A stretch of 64,000 nucleotides of DNA from Rhodoluna sp. GTDB lineage: Bacteria; Actinomycetota; Actinomycetes; Actinomycetales; Microbacteriaceae. The notes under the pieces are model-generated. The model was given only the letters and a program-made list of their open reading frames with translations. It did no database searches and had not been told where the DNA came from. Numbering within the stretch: the first letter of the stretch is position 1; each line of letters starts with the position of its first letter. Both the position numbers and the translations under genes were made by a program. Location of the stretch: assembly GCF_024641065.1 (NCBI RefSeq), contig NZ_JAHEDV010000005.1, positions 8,744-72,743 on the forward strand. Reading direction: 5' to 3'. Shown one piece after another: positions 26,300 through 37,807 of this stretch.

Positions 26300-26719
26300 T
26301 TAGCGTTCGTCAGCGCCAGGGATCAGTTCCCAGGGCTCTTTGCCGATAAGTGCTGCAGCAGCTGTGAAAACGTATTCTTCGATGTGCATGCGCTCGTGAA
26401 GTTTTTCGCTGCGCTTGAAATGACCCATGCGCTCTATGGGTAGTCGATAGATGATGATTTGGGTTGCGTCTTTTCTAATCGACCAACGGCGAACACTCTC
26501 AACGCCTTCGCTAAATGCTGGTGCATCATAGATTTTGTAACTCAGATTCGAAAGCTGTTCTGGCCAAGCGCTCTTCAAAAACTCGCAGGTGCTGGCCACA
26601 ATTTGTTCAAAGCCCTGGCCTCTTGCCCCGTTGCGAAATAGGGGGCTCAACAGTGGCTGGCGAATGCCTCGACTATGTCGATCACGGCTCTTGCCTCTGC
26701 CCAGCGACTTATCAACCAT
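26300..26719 (-). CDS. Small HExxH metallopeptidase-family protein
   Basis: 139 aa with LHERMHIEEYV (HExxH) near the C-terminus. Conserved position next to manB in actinobacteria. Confidence 0.65.
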   Translation of the reverse strand: MVDKSLGRGKSRDRHSRGIRQPLLSPLFRNGARGQGFEQIVASTCEFLKSAWPEQLSNLSYKIYDAPAFSEGVESVRRWSIRKDATQIIIYRLPIERMGHFKRSEKLHERMHIEEYVFTAAAALIGKEPWELIPGADER

Positions 26720-26778
26720 GCCCTCCAGTGTATTGAATTGGTATCCTAGAAGTTCTGCCCTTATAGATACGGAGTTTC

Positions 26779-28200
26779 ATGTCAATCGACTGGAATGCCC
26801 TCGTAAAAACCTACGACGTGCGCGGATTGGTTGGCTCTCAGCTGACCCCAGAAATCGTCGCAGCTCTAGCTGCAGGCTTTGTAGATGAACTTGAGGCTGC
26901 TGGCCAAGATGTAGTCGTCGGCCACGATATGCGCGATTCATCGCCTGAGTTTGCTGACGCATTTGCAACGGGCGCTCGCGCTCGCGGAGCAAATGTTGTT
27001 TCGATCGGCCTTTGTTCAACCGACGAGTCATATTTTGCCTCTGGTGTTCTAAACGCACCGGCTGCCATGTTCACCGCAAGCCACAACCCGGCCACCTACA
27101 ACGGCATCAAGTTCTCTCGCGCTGGTGCTCGAGGAGTAAGCCTGAACACCGGCTTGGCGAACATCCGAGACCGCGCTGCGGTTTATCTTGAGACCGGCAT
27201 AGAAGAGGTGGACCAGCCTGGTTCTTACCGCGACCTGCACATCTTGGTTCAGTACGCCAGTTATCTGCGCGAGATGGTTGACCTTCACAACATTCGACCA
27301 CTCAAGGTAGTGGTTGATGCCGGCAACGGCATGGGCGGCATGACTGTGCCAGCCGTATTGGGTACCGCATCAGATTTGAGCCGTCTGCCACTCGAGATCA
27401 TCCCGATGTATTTCGAATTAGACGGAAGCTTTCCGAACCACGAAGCCAACCCGCTAGACCCTAAAAACTTGGTCGACCTTCAGAAGGCCGTTCTTGAGCA
27501 CCAGGCCGACATTGGCCTCGCTTTCGATGGCGATGCTGACCGTTGTTTTGTGGTTGACGAAAAGGGTGAACCAGTTACTCCATCGGCAGTTGCAGCAATC
27601 GTTGCTCGTCGAGAAATTGCTCGCGAAAAGGCTACGAACCCGGGTGCGCCGATTACCGTGCTTCACAACCTACTAACTTCAAGAGTTGTCGAAGAAGTCA
27701 TTGCTGAAGACGGTGCCAAGCCGGTGAAGACCAAGGTCGGTCACTCGTTGATTAAAGACCAGATGGCAGCAACCAACGCAATCTTCGGTGGCGAGCACTC
27801 GGCTCACTACTACTTCAGAGACTTCTGGGGTGCCGATAACGGAATGCTGGCGGCAATGCACGTGCTTGCCGAATTTGGTTCTCAAGAGCTTTCGCTTTCG
27901 GAATTTTCTAAGCAGTACAACCCTTATTACCTAAGCGGCGAGATTAACTCGACCGTTTCTGATGTTGCAGCCGCCAAGGCTCGCGTTCAGCAGGCATTTG
28001 CCGGCCGTGCCGAGTTTGACGAGTTCGACGGCATCACAGCGCAAGGCAAGCCTGCCGAAGCTGGTTCATGGTGGTGGTTCAACGTTCGTTCATCGAACAC
28101 CGAGCCATTGCTACGTCTAAATGTCGAAGCCAAAAATGAGGCCGACATGATCCAGATTCGTGATGAAGTCCTCGGGCTCATCCAGCAGAAAGCAGAATAA
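26779..28200 (+). CDS. manB: Phosphomannomutase/phosphoglucomutase
   Basis: YDVRG, catalytic loop [15 protein letters not shown], metal loop AFDGDADRC, and [10 protein letters not shown]. Confidence 0.92.
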   Translation: MSIDWNALVKTYDVRGLVGSQLTPEIVAALAAGFVDELEAAGQDVVVGHDMRDSSPEFADAFATGARARGANVVSIGLCSTDESYFASGVLNAPAAMFTASHNPATYNGIKFSRAGARGVSLNTGLANIRDRAAVYLETGIEEVDQPGSYRDLHILVQYASYLREMVDLHNIRPLKVVVDAGNGMGGMTVPAVLGTASDLSRLPLEIIPMYFELDGSFPNHEANPLDPKNLVDLQKAVLEHQADIGLAFDGDADRCFVVDEKGEPVTPSAVAAIVARREIAREKATNPGAPITVLHNLLTSRVVEEVIAEDGAKPVKTKVGHSLIKDQMAATNAIFGGEHSAHYYFRDFWGADNGMLAAMHVLAEFGSQELSLSEFSKQYNPYYLSGEINSTVSDVAAAKARVQQAFAGRAEFDEFDGITAQGKPAEAGSWWWFNVRSSNTEPLLRLNVEAKNEADMIQIRDEVLGLIQQKAE

Positions 28201-28201
28201 T

Positions 28202-29671
28202 TTGTCACCTCGCGCCTTCGAATTCAAAGTTGCTGACCTTGGCTTGGCTACCGCCGGCCGTCACCAGATTCGTCTAGCCGAAAACGAGATGCCGGGCCTG
28301 ATGGCTATCCGTGCAGAATTTGCACCTAGTCAGCCGCTGAAGGGCGCGAGAATAACTGGTTCGTTGCACATGACCGTGCAGACGGCGGTGCTGATCGAAA
28401 CCTTGGTTGCGCTTGGCGCTCAGGTTCGTTGGGCTTCTTGCAACATTTTTTCAACCCAGGATGAAGCTGCCGCAGCTGTTGTTGTCGGGCTTAACGGCAC
28501 CCCAGACGCACCTGAGGGCACACCGGTTTTTGCTTGGAAGGGCGAAAGCCTTGAAGAGTATTGGTGGTGCACCGACCGCATCTTTGACTGGTCAGCAGAA
28601 GCTGCTGCCGAAGGGGCGAGCTACACCGGCCCGAACATGATTCTCGACGATGGTGGCGATGCAACCCTTCTAGTTCACAAGGGTCGCGAGTTCGAAATCG
28701 CCGGAGCTGTTCCGGCAACCGCGGCTTCTGACAGCGAAGAATATGGCGTGATTCTTGAATTGCTGCGCAAGTCGCTAGTTTTTGACCCAACTCGCTTCAC
28801 TCGAATCGCGAGCGAGATAAAGGGTGTCACTGAAGAGACCACCACCGGCGTTCACCGCCTCTACGAGTTCCACAAACGAGGCGAACTTTTGTTCCCGGCC
28901 ATCAATGTGAACGACTCTGTCACCAAGTCGAAGTTCGACAACAAGTACGGCATTCGCCACTCACTGCCAGACGGACTAAACCGTGCAACCGACACTCTGA
29001 TGGGCGGCAAGACCGTTTTCGTTGCCGGGTATGGCGATGTTGGCAAGGGTTCAGCCGAGGCAATGCGCGGCCAGGGTGCTCGCGTGATTGTGAGCGAGGT
29101 TGACCCAATCTGTGCACTGCAGGCAGTCATGGATGGATTCCAAGTTGCCAAGCTAGAGTCGGTCATCGAAACCATCGACATCTTTGTGACCGCTACCGGT
29201 AACACCGCGATCATTCGCCCAGAACACTTGCTTCAGATGAAGCACCAGGCAATTGTTGCCAACGTTGGTCACTTTGACGACGAGGTAGACATGGCCGGCA
29301 TCAACCGCATCCCAGGGGTTGAAAAAATTGAAATCAAGCCGCAGGTTCACGAGTGGCGACTGCCTAATGGTCGTTCAGTTCTTATTCTGAGCGAGGGTCG
29401 ATTGATGAACCTCGGAAACGCCACCGGACACCCGAGCTTTGTGATGAGCACCTCATTCGCCAATCAGGTGTTGGCTCAAATTGAGCTTTTTGGCAAGACC
29501 GAGAGCTATGCGTTGGGCGTTCACATCTTGCCGAAGACCCTTGACGAAAAGGTTGCGCGTTTGCACTTAGACGCACTTGGTGTTGAATTAACTCAGTTGT
29601 CGCCTGAACAGGCTGCCTACATCGGTGTTTCTGTCGATGGTCCGTTCAAGGTTGATCACTACCGCTACTAA
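28202..29671 (+). CDS. ahcY: Adenosylhomocysteinase
   Basis: [28 protein letters not shown], the NAD-binding [16 protein letters not shown], and the C-terminal FKVDHYRY. I chose TTG 28202, 1 nt after the manB stop; the track ORF start at 28160 would overlap manB. Confidence 0.93.
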   Translation: MSPRAFEFKVADLGLATAGRHQIRLAENEMPGLMAIRAEFAPSQPLKGARITGSLHMTVQTAVLIETLVALGAQVRWASCNIFSTQDEAAAAVVVGLNGTPDAPEGTPVFAWKGESLEEYWWCTDRIFDWSAEAAAEGASYTGPNMILDDGGDATLLVHKGREFEIAGAVPATAASDSEEYGVILELLRKSLVFDPTRFTRIASEIKGVTEETTTGVHRLYEFHKRGELLFPAINVNDSVTKSKFDNKYGIRHSLPDGLNRATDTLMGGKTVFVAGYGDVGKGSAEAMRGQGARVIVSEVDPICALQAVMDGFQVAKLESVIETIDIFVTATGNTAIIRPEHLLQMKHQAIVANVGHFDDEVDMAGINRIPGVEKIEIKPQVHEWRLPNGRSVLILSEGRLMNLGNATGHPSFVMSTSFANQVLAQIELFGKTESYALGVHILPKTLDEKVARLHLDALGVELTQLSPEQAAYIGVSVDGPFKVDHYRY

Positions 29672-29690
29672 TTAGAACCAGGGGTAAAGC

Positions 29691-30374
29691 ATGGCGCACA
29701 AGATTTTGGTTGTCGATGACGACAATGCTCTTCGCGAAATGGTTGGCATCGTTCTCGAGTCTGAGGGCTTTGACGTTAGCTACCACGATGCTGGCTCGGG
29801 TGCCCTAGACAAGTTCAACGAGATTGCTCCTGATCTAGTTCTCTTGGATGTAATGCTTCCGGGCAAAGACGGCATTGCCGTTTGTGGCGAGATTCGCTCA
29901 GTGTCTGGCACCCCAATCATCATGCTGACCGCCAAGACCGAAAGCGAAGATGTTGTTCGCGGCCTCGAAGCTGGTGCCGATGACTATGTGGTCAAGCCAT
30001 TTGAACCAAACGTTTTGACTGCTCGCATCAAGGCGCGCCTGCGCCCGCTTGCAAGTGAGAGTACCGACGAGGGTTCAGTGACCATCGGACCATTGACTCT
30101 CGACACTGTCGGTCACGAGGTTCGCCGCGGTTCAGAAAAGCTTTCGCTAACTCCGCTTGAGTTCAACCTGTTGCTAACCCTTGCACTAAAGCCGCGTCAG
30201 GTATTCACTCGCGAAATGTTGCTCGAAATGGTTTGGGGTTACCAGTACAAAGCTGACACCCGTTTGGTGAATGTGCACGTTCAGCGTTTGCGTTCAAAGG
30301 TTGAAATCGACCCAGACAACCCACAGATCGTGACCACCGTTCGCGGAATCGGTTATAAGGCTGGCACGAACTAA
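29691..30374 (+). CDS. mtrA: OmpR-family response regulator MtrA
   Basis: KILVVDDD, LVLLDVMLPGKDG, and a winged-helix C-terminus (LTPLEFNLL, VRGIGYK). Followed by mtrB and lpqB. Confidence 0.93.
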   Translation: MAHKILVVDDDNALREMVGIVLESEGFDVSYHDAGSGALDKFNEIAPDLVLLDVMLPGKDGIAVCGEIRSVSGTPIIMLTAKTESEDVVRGLEAGADDYVVKPFEPNVLTARIKARLRPLASESTDEGSVTIGPLTLDTVGHEVRRGSEKLSLTPLEFNLLLTLALKPRQVFTREMLLEMVWGYQYKADTRLVNVHVQRLRSKVEIDPDNPQIVTTVRGIGYKAGTN

Positions 30375-31967
30375 TTGACTATTCGGGGTGCCATCAATTG
30401 GGCGCTCGGTTTGTTCCGTCGCTTTCTTCAGGTTCGCGCGGTTTTCTCGACCGTAGTGTTCAGTGGCATTGCCTTGCTCATTATCGGCGGCTTTCTTTCT
30501 TACTCAATCGGTAATGGGCTCTATGAAACTCGTTTGAAGCAGGTTCTAAATGAATCAGCCACCGGTGTTGTAGAGGTTCAAAACACCTTCTCGGCCACCA
30601 CGGTTGCCGAAGAAGTCGAACTTCAAACCATGTTGAACTCGGTGGTGCCGAAACTTGAATCAACCGATACCAACGACACTCGCCAGGTAGCAATTCTTCG
30701 AACCCCGGGTCAAATCAACGACCTAGTGTTGCAGAGCCCAATTTCGACCGACCTTGACGTCAACCTGATCAGCGATGACTTCAAAGATGAAGTTCGTTCT
30801 TCTCAGGGCCGACTGACCTATCAGTCGATTCCGGTTTCGACCATCGATGGTGCTACTCATCCCGGTGTTGTGGTTGGCGCGCAAATTCAGATACCTCGAG
30901 CTGGGGCTTATGAGCTCTATCTAATCTTTGACCTGCAAAGCGAACAAGACACCCTTGATTTTGTTCAGAGAACCTTGGTTTTCGCGGGTGTCTTCTTGCT
31001 CTTCATGATTGGTTTGATTACCTATTTCGTTACCAATTGGCTGGTCAAGCCAGTGCAGATTGCCGCTCAGGTGTCTGAAGAGATTTCTGAGGGAAACCTC
31101 GAGCGTCGCCTGCCTGAGCGCGGTGAAGACGTTATTGCCGTGCTTGGGCACTCGTTCAACAAGATGACCGACAGCCTGCAGATGCAGATCACCAAGCTAG
31201 CCAGCGTTTCAAAAATGCAACAGCGATTTGTCTCAGATGTCTCGCACGAATTGCGCACACCTCTGACCACAATCAAGTTGGCCGGTGAGGTAATTTTTGC
31301 CAGTCGCGAGAAGCTCGAGCCCGCCGCCAAACGTTCTGCCGAGTTGATGCATGACCAGATCGATCGCTTTCAGGTTTTGTTGAACGACTTGCTTGAGATC
31401 TCTCGGTATGACGCCGGTGCGGTTGAAGCCGATCTTGAAGTTCAAGACCTAAACGGTGTAGTCGGCATGGCAATCGCTGGCATCGAACCACTTGCTGCCA
31501 GCAAGGGTTCGGCAATCACAATTGAGATTCCTAGTGGCGAGGTTGACGTTGAAATCGATGGTCGCCGCATCGAACGCCTGCTTAGAAACCTTCTGGCTAA
31601 TGCGATTGAGCATGGCGAAGGTAAGCAAATTGACGTTGCCGTTGGAATGAATGAAACGGCAGTCGCAGTTAGCGTGACTGACCACGGTATTGGCATGACC
31701 CGAACCGAGGTAGACCGAGTGTTTGACCGCTTCTGGCGTGCAGACCCAGCGCGAAAGCGAACCACCGGTGGAACAGGTCTCGGTCTGGCAATCTCGCTAG
31801 AAGATACCAATCTTCACAACGGTTGGCTGCAGGTGTGGGCTAAGCCGGGAGAGGGCGCATGCTTTAGATTGACCCTCCCTAGACGCAAGGGCACCGTCTT
31901 CACCCAATCACCATTGCCTCTGCCACCAAAGGGCAAGGGCAAGAAAGCTGCGGTGAAAAATGTTTAA
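30375..31967 (+). CDS. mtrB: Sensor histidine kinase MtrB
   Basis: Two TM helices, HAMP, H box FVSDVSHELRTPLT, N box LRNLLANAIEHG, and G boxes DHGIGM / GGTGLGLAI. It starts directly after the mtrA stop. Confidence 0.92.
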   Translation: MTIRGAINWALGLFRRFLQVRAVFSTVVFSGIALLIIGGFLSYSIGNGLYETRLKQVLNESATGVVEVQNTFSATTVAEEVELQTMLNSVVPKLESTDTNDTRQVAILRTPGQINDLVLQSPISTDLDVNLISDDFKDEVRSSQGRLTYQSIPVSTIDGATHPGVVVGAQIQIPRAGAYELYLIFDLQSEQDTLDFVQRTLVFAGVFLLFMIGLITYFVTNWLVKPVQIAAQVSEEISEGNLERRLPERGEDVIAVLGHSFNKMTDSLQMQITKLASVSKMQQRFVSDVSHELRTPLTTIKLAGEVIFASREKLEPAAKRSAELMHDQIDRFQVLLNDLLEISRYDAGAVEADLEVQDLNGVVGMAIAGIEPLAASKGSAITIEIPSGEVDVEIDGRRIERLLRNLLANAIEHGEGKQIDVAVGMNETAVAVSVTDHGIGMTRTEVDRVFDRFWRADPARKRTTGGTGLGLAISLEDTNLHNGWLQVWAKPGEGACFRLTLPRRKGTVFTQSPLPLPPKGKGKKAAVKNV

Positions 31968-33639
31968 GCACCTGAAGCAATTTTTAGCTGCTGTTCTAGC
32001 CGTTTCGTTTTTGACCGGTTGCGCACAGATTCCAACCAACGGATTGATCAAAACTGGCCAAGACCTTCAGCCTGCTCTCGAGAGCGACTTTTTGTATTAC
32101 TCGCCGACTGGGCCGGTTGAAGATGCCACCAAGTATGAAATTCTTGCCGGTTTCTTGAATGCCGGCACTGGCCCGCAGAACGATTATTCGACAGCGCGCG
32201 AGTTCTTGAGCGAAGACCTTCGTGCTAACTGGAAGCCGAGTCAGCGAACTCTGATTCAAGCCGGAAGTCGTTTGCTAACGGTTAACTCAGACAACAGTGC
32301 CAGCGCCAGCATTTCGGTTTCAGCTCAAATTGGTGACCAGGGCGAGTTTGAGTCGCTGCCGGCTAATTCAACTGAATACTTGAACTTCAAATTCATCAAA
32401 GAAGATGGGCAATGGCGCATCTCATCTGCCCCGAACCTAACGGTGGTTATCGAGCCGGTGTTCGAGGTTATCTTCAGAAGTTACTCGGTGTATTTCTACG
32501 ACAACGAATTTGAATACCTGGTTCCAGATGTTCGCTGGTTTCCTTCGAGAGCATCGACCACAACACGACTTGTTGATGCTCTGCTAAACGGTCCAAGCAC
32601 CTGGCTGGCGCCAGCGGTCACCTCTGCCATTCCAGCTGGCACCGAATTGGCTGTGAACGCTGTGACGGTGAACCAAGGTCTTGCCTCGGTTGATCTAAGT
32701 GCTGCTGCACTAAAGGCCACCGTAGGCAAGCGCCCATACATGGAGGCCCAGATTCGTGAGACCCTGTTGCCCCTGTCTAGCGTCTACAACGTTCAGGTTT
32801 TGATTGAGCAGACGCCTCAGGACATCCAGGACATTAATTCTTTGGTACCAGCGATTCGCTCAACCAGCCCAGTGGTTTTGGTTGACGGCAACCTCAAGCA
32901 CGTCGACTTGAGTGCGAGCACGGATGTAATCGGTGCCAAACCGATTCTGCAGCAGCTAGACAGCACCGAGTTTGCCCTCACCGATGACGAAAAGTATCTG
33001 CTGCTTAGAACCTCAGACGGAATTTATAGCCGCAGATTCGGAATTCTTGGAGCCAAGACCGATCGCCTAGTTGCCGGAACCGACTTCTTGGCCCCAGCCA
33101 TTGACCGTCAGAATTTTGCCTGGGCAATGCCAAGTGCAGCCAATAGCCCGGTTTTCGTTTTTGACTCGCTCGGCAAGCAGGTGCAATTTGCATCTGGTTG
33201 GCTGCACGGCCTAGAGCGTTCGCAATTCTCAATCAGCCCCGAGGGTAGTCGCGCAGCTGTTATTGCTGGCACCGGTGCAAACCGACGCCTCTATGTGATG
33301 TCGATTATCCGTGACCAATTCGGCAAGCCAATTAGTTTTGGTCTACCGGTAAAGCCTTATGGCGAAATCTCAAGTGTCACCTCGGTCAGCTGGGTGGGGC
33401 TAACTTCGCTAGCGATTCTTGACCAGGGCATTGGCGAATACACCACGCCGAAGATTCTGACCATTGGTGGTTTGTCACGCGCTTTGCCGCAGGTGTTGCA
33501 CGCCAAGGCCATCATCGGTTCTAACCCGGTAAGTTCGCTTTTCATTCAAACCGATGAAAACGAGTTCTTCCAGTACCGCTCGGCGTTCTGGTCAAAGGTC
33601 AGCTCAAATGTTCTGGCCATGCATTTTCCGGGCATGTAG
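31960..33639 (+). CDS. lpqB: Lipoprotein LpqB
   Basis: Lipobox FLTGC, a 559-aa GerMN/beta-propeller-like body, and an 8-nt overlap with mtrB. Canonical mtrAB-lpqB operon. Confidence 0.88.
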   Translation: MFKHLKQFLAAVLAVSFLTGCAQIPTNGLIKTGQDLQPALESDFLYYSPTGPVEDATKYEILAGFLNAGTGPQNDYSTAREFLSEDLRANWKPSQRTLIQAGSRLLTVNSDNSASASISVSAQIGDQGEFESLPANSTEYLNFKFIKEDGQWRISSAPNLTVVIEPVFEVIFRSYSVYFYDNEFEYLVPDVRWFPSRASTTTRLVDALLNGPSTWLAPAVTSAIPAGTELAVNAVTVNQGLASVDLSAAALKATVGKRPYMEAQIRETLLPLSSVYNVQVLIEQTPQDIQDINSLVPAIRSTSPVVLVDGNLKHVDLSASTDVIGAKPILQQLDSTEFALTDDEKYLLLRTSDGIYSRRFGILGAKTDRLVAGTDFLAPAIDRQNFAWAMPSAANSPVFVFDSLGKQVQFASGWLHGLERSQFSISPEGSRAAVIAGTGANRRLYVMSIIRDQFGKPISFGLPVKPYGEISSVTSVSWVGLTSLAILDQGIGEYTTPKILTIGGLSRALPQVLHAKAIIGSNPVSSLFIQTDENEFFQYRSAFWSKVSSNVLAMHFPGM

Positions 33640-33698
33640 CTTCTCCACAGATTAGCCGCCAAGGCTTCACTGCAGAGAACTCTCAGCAGTCTTGAACT

Positions 33699-34367
33699 GT
33701 GAATCTCTTGGATGAATTTCTCGACATGTTTTTGCCAACCCGCTGCGCGCTTTGCGATCGCTCTGGAAGCCCGGTTTGCGAGGCATGCCTATCGAGTTAT
33801 TCGAGTGAGCCTCTTGTGGTGCAACGCTCGTGCCTGACAGGTTTTGCGCTCGCAGACTATTCAGCCGTGGTGGCCAACATGATTGAGCAGTTCAAAGAAC
33901 ACGGGCAGACCAGCATTTTTCGCTCCTTCAGCGCTTTGATGAGCCAAGTGTTTCTCTTTGGTTTGAAAGCGGCGAATCTGGGGCCGCTAGAGCGCCTGGT
34001 GCTGGTTCCGGTTCCAAGCAGACGGGAAGCCTCACTCAAGCGAGGTTTTCAGCCAGCTCGCGAAATTGCTGCACCCATGGTGGCTGAATTGCGAAGGTCT
34101 GGAACCTCGGTCGGCCTAGTCAACGCATTGCGTTATCAACGCGAGGTTTTAGATCAATCTGGGCTAAATATTGCCGAGCGATCGGCAAACCTTGCCGGAG
34201 CGATGCAAAGCCGCTTTAGCCTCGCAGGCTTGGCCGTCGTGCTGATAGATGATGTTTGCACCACCGGCGCAACCCTGCTTGAGGCTGCTCGGGCGTGTGA
34301 AGCGGCAGGGGCATCCGTGAAATTTTTCTGCACATTTGCTGAGACAAAACGAAAATTGGCAACATGA
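33699..34367 (+). CDS. comF: ComF-family phosphoribosyltransferase-domain protein
   Basis: N-terminal Cys4 (CALCDRSGSPVCEAC) and a C-terminal PRTase loop VVLIDDVCTTGATL. Confidence 0.85.
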   Translation: MNLLDEFLDMFLPTRCALCDRSGSPVCEACLSSYSSEPLVVQRSCLTGFALADYSAVVANMIEQFKEHGQTSIFRSFSALMSQVFLFGLKAANLGPLERLVLVPVPSRREASLKRGFQPAREIAAPMVAELRRSGTSVGLVNALRYQREVLDQSGLNIAERSANLAGAMQSRFSLAGLAVVLIDDVCTTGATLLEAARACEAAGASVKFFCTFAETKRKLAT

Positions 34368-34427
34368 AATTGATTTTGGGTATAACTTTTGTTTCACGGG
34401 CAATGTCGCCCGACGATGGAGGTCATC

Positions 34428-35054
34428 ATGGAAATTAACATCTCGGCAAGAAACCTAAGCGTCTCAGACCGATTCCGCGAATATATTGCAGACCGCACCC
34501 ACAAAGTTGAGCAGTTGTCTCACAAGGCTCAATCTTTTGACATCAAGGTGACGCGTCACGATCACAGCCGAACCTCCGGCCCCGAAGATCAGGTAGAGCT
34601 AACAGTTTTTGAACCCGGCCACGTGGTTCGCGCTGAGGCTCACGCAGGAGATAAATTCGCTGCCTTTGACATCGCATTCGGAAAACTAACCGAGAGACTT
34701 CGTCGTGCAGCCGACCGTCGCAAAGTTCACCACGGTCACCACGGATCAATCGGCACCAGCGAGCTTTCGGCACACGACTTTGCCGAACTCGACATTCGAC
34801 CAGTTGACGCCGACGTGCTACTTGGTCAAGCGAAGGTTGCTGACCAGGCTGAAGCTGAGGTAGACCTGGGTGAAAGCCCAGTGGTTATTCGCCGCAAAGA
34901 ATTCGCGGGAACCCCAATGACTGTCGATGACGCTTTGTATCACATGGAGCTGATTGGTCACGATTTCTACTTGTTCCTAGACTCAGAAACTTCAAAGCCG
35001 AGCGTGGTTTACCGTCGCAAAGGCTGGAATTACGGCGTTATTACCCTTTCCTAA
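34428..35054 (+). CDS. hpf: Ribosome hibernation promoting factor (long form)
   Basis: MEINISARNLSVSDRFREYI (S30AE N-domain) and the C-terminal dimerisation domain VVIRRKEFAGTPMTVDDALYHMELIGHDFYLF. GGAGG lies 5 nt upstream of ATG 34428. Confidence 0.9.
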   Translation: MEINISARNLSVSDRFREYIADRTHKVEQLSHKAQSFDIKVTRHDHSRTSGPEDQVELTVFEPGHVVRAEAHAGDKFAAFDIAFGKLTERLRRAADRRKVHHGHHGSIGTSELSAHDFAELDIRPVDADVLLGQAKVADQAEAEVDLGESPVVIRRKEFAGTPMTVDDALYHMELIGHDFYLFLDSETSKPSVVYRRKGWNYGVITLS

Positions 35055-35080
35055 CGTTTACTGAGAATTAGCCATACTGC

Positions 35081-35109
35081 AGGGCCCAACCGGTCTCCGG
35101 TTGGGCCCT
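35081..35109 (+). terminator. Very stable GC-rich hairpin between hpf and secA (terminator/processing site candidate; no U-tract)
   Basis: Perfect 13-bp stem AGGGCCCAACCGG / CCGGTTGGGCCCT with a 3-nt loop TCT. Confidence 0.55.
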
Positions 35110-35155
35110 CGGGCTAAGATTGACGAAGTAATAACAAACGGTATGGAGCATAATT

Positions 35156-37804
35156 TTGGCATCAATCATCGAAAAACTTCTTCGCGCTGGAGAGGGCCGC
35201 ATCCTTGCCCGTTTGCGTAATTATGCTGACGCCGTAAACGCCCTAGAAGAAGACTTCAGTCACCTCAGTGACGAAGAGCTTCGTGGCGAAACTGAAGTTT
35301 TGCGCGAGCGTTATGCAGCGGGCGAAAGCCTCGACGATCTTTTGCCTGAGGCATTCGCTGCCGTTCGTGAGGCATCAAAGCGCACCCTGGGTTTGCGTCA
35401 CTTTGACGTACAGCTAATGGGTGGCGCTGCTCTGCACCTTGGCAACATTGCCGAGATGCGAACCGGTGAAGGTAAGACTCTGGTTGCAACCCTGCCGGCA
35501 TACCTAAACGCCATCGCGGGCCGCGGTGTACACGTGGTTACCGTGAACGACTTCTTGGCCTCGTACCAGAGTGACCTAATGGGCCGCGTGTTCCGAGCTC
35601 TTGGAATGACCACCGGTTGCATCATTTCTGGCCAGGAGCCAGCTGAGCGTCGCGAGCAGTACCTTGCTGACATCACCTATGGAACCAACAATGAATTTGG
35701 TTTCGACTACCTTCGCGACAACATGGCTTGGCAGCAGTCTGACATGGTTCAGCGCGGCCACTTCTTTGCAGTTGTCGATGAGGTTGACTCGATTCTGATC
35801 GATGAGGCCCGTACCCCGCTGATTATTTCTGGCCCGGCCTCAGGCGAGGCAAACCGTTGGTTTGGCGAGTTCTCAAAGATTGCTGAAAAACTGCAGCCAG
35901 TTATTGACTACGAAGTTGATGAAAAGAAGCGCACCGTCGGAATTCTTGAGCCAGGAATTGAGAAGGTTGAGGACTACCTCGGTATCTCAAACCTTTATGA
36001 GTCGGTTAACACTCCATTGATCTCATTCTTGAATAACTCGATCAAGGCCAAAGCCTTGTTCAAGCGCGACAAAGACTATGTGGTTATGAATGGCGAAGTT
36101 CTGATCGTTGACGAGCACACTGGCCGCATCCTTGCTGGTCGTCGCTACAACGAGGGTATTCACCAGGCTATTGAGGCCAAAGAAGGCGTTGAGGTCAAGG
36201 CTGAAAACCAGACTTTGGCTACCGTGACCCTGCAGAACTACTTCCGTCTTTACAAGAAGCTATCGGGCATGACCGGTACCGCCGAGACCGAAGCTGCTGA
36301 GTTTATGAGCACCTACAAGCTGGGTGTTGTGCCAATTCCGACCAACCGCTCAATGGTTCGAATCGACCAGCCTGACTTGATCTATAAGAACGAAGAGGTC
36401 AAGTTCAATCAGGTGGTAATCGACATCACCGAACGCCACAAGGCTGGCCAGCCGGTTTTGGTTGGTACCACCAGCGTTGAGAAGAGTGAATACCTTTCGA
36501 AGCTTTTGGCTAAGGCCGGAGTTCGTCACGAAGTATTGAATGCCAAAAACCACGCCCGTGAGGCTGCTATCGTGGCCCAGGCTGGTCGCCTTGGCGCTGT
36601 AACCGTGGCTACCAACATGGCTGGCCGAGGCACTGACATCATGCTTGGTGGAAACGCCGAATTCATGACCGTTGAGGCTTTGAACAAGCGCGGTCTTCAC
36701 GCCGACGAAACCCCAGAAGAGTACGAAGCGGCTTGGGCTACCGAATTTGCCAAGATCAAAGAAGAAGTTAGCGTCGAGGCCGAAAAGGTTCTTGAAGTTG
36801 GCGGTCTTTATGTTCTGGGCACCGAGCGCCACGAGTCACGTCGAATCGACAACCAGCTTCGTGGCCGCGCCGGTCGCCAGGGTGACCGCGGTGAGTCACG
36901 TTTCTACCTTTCGCTGACTGACGACCTAATGCGTCTGTTCAACTCAGGTGCTGCCAGCGCCCTGATGAACCGCTCTGGTGTGCCTGACGACATGGCTATC
37001 GAATCAAAAGTGGTTAGCCGTGCAATTGCCAGTGCACAATCACAGGTTGAGGGTCGCAATGCTGAGGTTCGCAAGAACGTTCTAAAGTATGACGATGTTT
37101 TGAACCGTCAGCGCGAGGCTATCTACAGCGACCGACGCCACATTCTTGAAGGTGACGACATCGGCGAACGAGTTGAATCGTTCATGTCTGACGCAATCAC
37201 CGCAATTGTTGAAGGTCACATTTCTGACCACGCAGGTCAAGACTGGGATCTAGAAGCTCTTTGGGCAGAACTAAAGACCATTTATCCAATCGGCCTAGAG
37301 ATTCAAGAAGTTTTGGCAGAGGCGGGTAACCGTTCACGCTTGACTTCAGCTTGGTTGACCAAAGAAATCATCAGCGACCTTCGAATCGCCTACGCTGCTC
37401 GAACCGCGACCATTGGTGAAGGTGCAATGCGTGAGCTGGAGCGTCGAGTGGTGCTTTCAGTTGTTGACCGCCGTTGGCGCGACCACCTTTATGAAATGGA
37501 CTACCTAAAAGAGGGAATTGGCCTTCGCGCCATGGCCCAGCGCGACCCGTTGGTTGAATACCAGCGCGAGGGCTACGGCATGTTCCAGCAGATGATGGGT
37601 GCAATCAAAGAAGAAATCACCGGTTTCTTGTTCAACCTAGAGGTTGAGGTGAAGCAGACTCCACGCCCAAGCGCAGAGCAGCTAACCTACATCGCACCGA
37701 ACGAAGACGGCGCACCAGAGGAGCATTCAGCAAATGAAAACGCTGCCCCAACCAACTCAAAACCTGAGACTGGTGGCCAGGGCAGCGCGTTCTTTCGTAA
37801 GTAG
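35156..37804 (+). CDS. secA: Preprotein translocase ATPase SecA
   Basis: 882 aa with MRTGEGKT (Walker A), [36 protein letters not shown] and RGRAGRQGD. Confidence 0.97.
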   Translation: MASIIEKLLRAGEGRILARLRNYADAVNALEEDFSHLSDEELRGETEVLRERYAAGESLDDLLPEAFAAVREASKRTLGLRHFDVQLMGGAALHLGNIAEMRTGEGKTLVATLPAYLNAIAGRGVHVVTVNDFLASYQSDLMGRVFRALGMTTGCIISGQEPAERREQYLADITYGTNNEFGFDYLRDNMAWQQSDMVQRGHFFAVVDEVDSILIDEARTPLIISGPASGEANRWFGEFSKIAEKLQPVIDYEVDEKKRTVGILEPGIEKVEDYLGISNLYESVNTPLISFLNNSIKAKALFKRDKDYVVMNGEVLIVDEHTGRILAGRRYNEGIHQAIEAKEGVEVKAENQTLATVTLQNYFRLYKKLSGMTGTAETEAAEFMSTYKLGVVPIPTNRSMVRIDQPDLIYKNEEVKFNQVVIDITERHKAGQPVLVGTTSVEKSEYLSKLLAKAGVRHEVLNAKNHAREAAIVAQAGRLGAVTVATNMAGRGTDIMLGGNAEFMTVEALNKRGLHADETPEEYEAAWATEFAKIKEEVSVEAEKVLEVGGLYVLGTERHESRRIDNQLRGRAGRQGDRGESRFYLSLTDDLMRLFNSGAASALMNRSGVPDDMAIESKVVSRAIASAQSQVEGRNAEVRKNVLKYDDVLNRQREAIYSDRRHILEGDDIGERVESFMSDAITAIVEGHISDHAGQDWDLEALWAELKTIYPIGLEIQEVLAEAGNRSRLTSAWLTKEIISDLRIAYAARTATIGEGAMRELERRVVLSVVDRRWRDHLYEMDYLKEGIGLRAMAQRDPLVEYQREGYGMFQQMMGAIKEEITGFLFNLEVEVKQTPRPSAEQLTYIAPNEDGAPEEHSANENAAPTNSKPETGGQGSAFFRK

Positions 37805-37807
37805 AAA

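Noticed and set aside
28160-28201. Upstream start for ahcY that overlaps manB by 41 nt
   Set aside because: The extra residues ([14 protein letters not shown]) are not part of adenosylhomocysteinases. TTG 28202 gives the usual N-terminus just before FKVADLGLA.
28198-28204. Riboswitches (SAH, SAM, TPP, Mg/M-box, T-box-like leader) upstream of ahcY, metZ, ilvB, corA
   Set aside because: The upstream gaps are 1 nt (ahcY), an overlap (metZ), 58 nt (ilvB) and 59 nt (corA). These are too short for those elements, and I saw no conserved cores.
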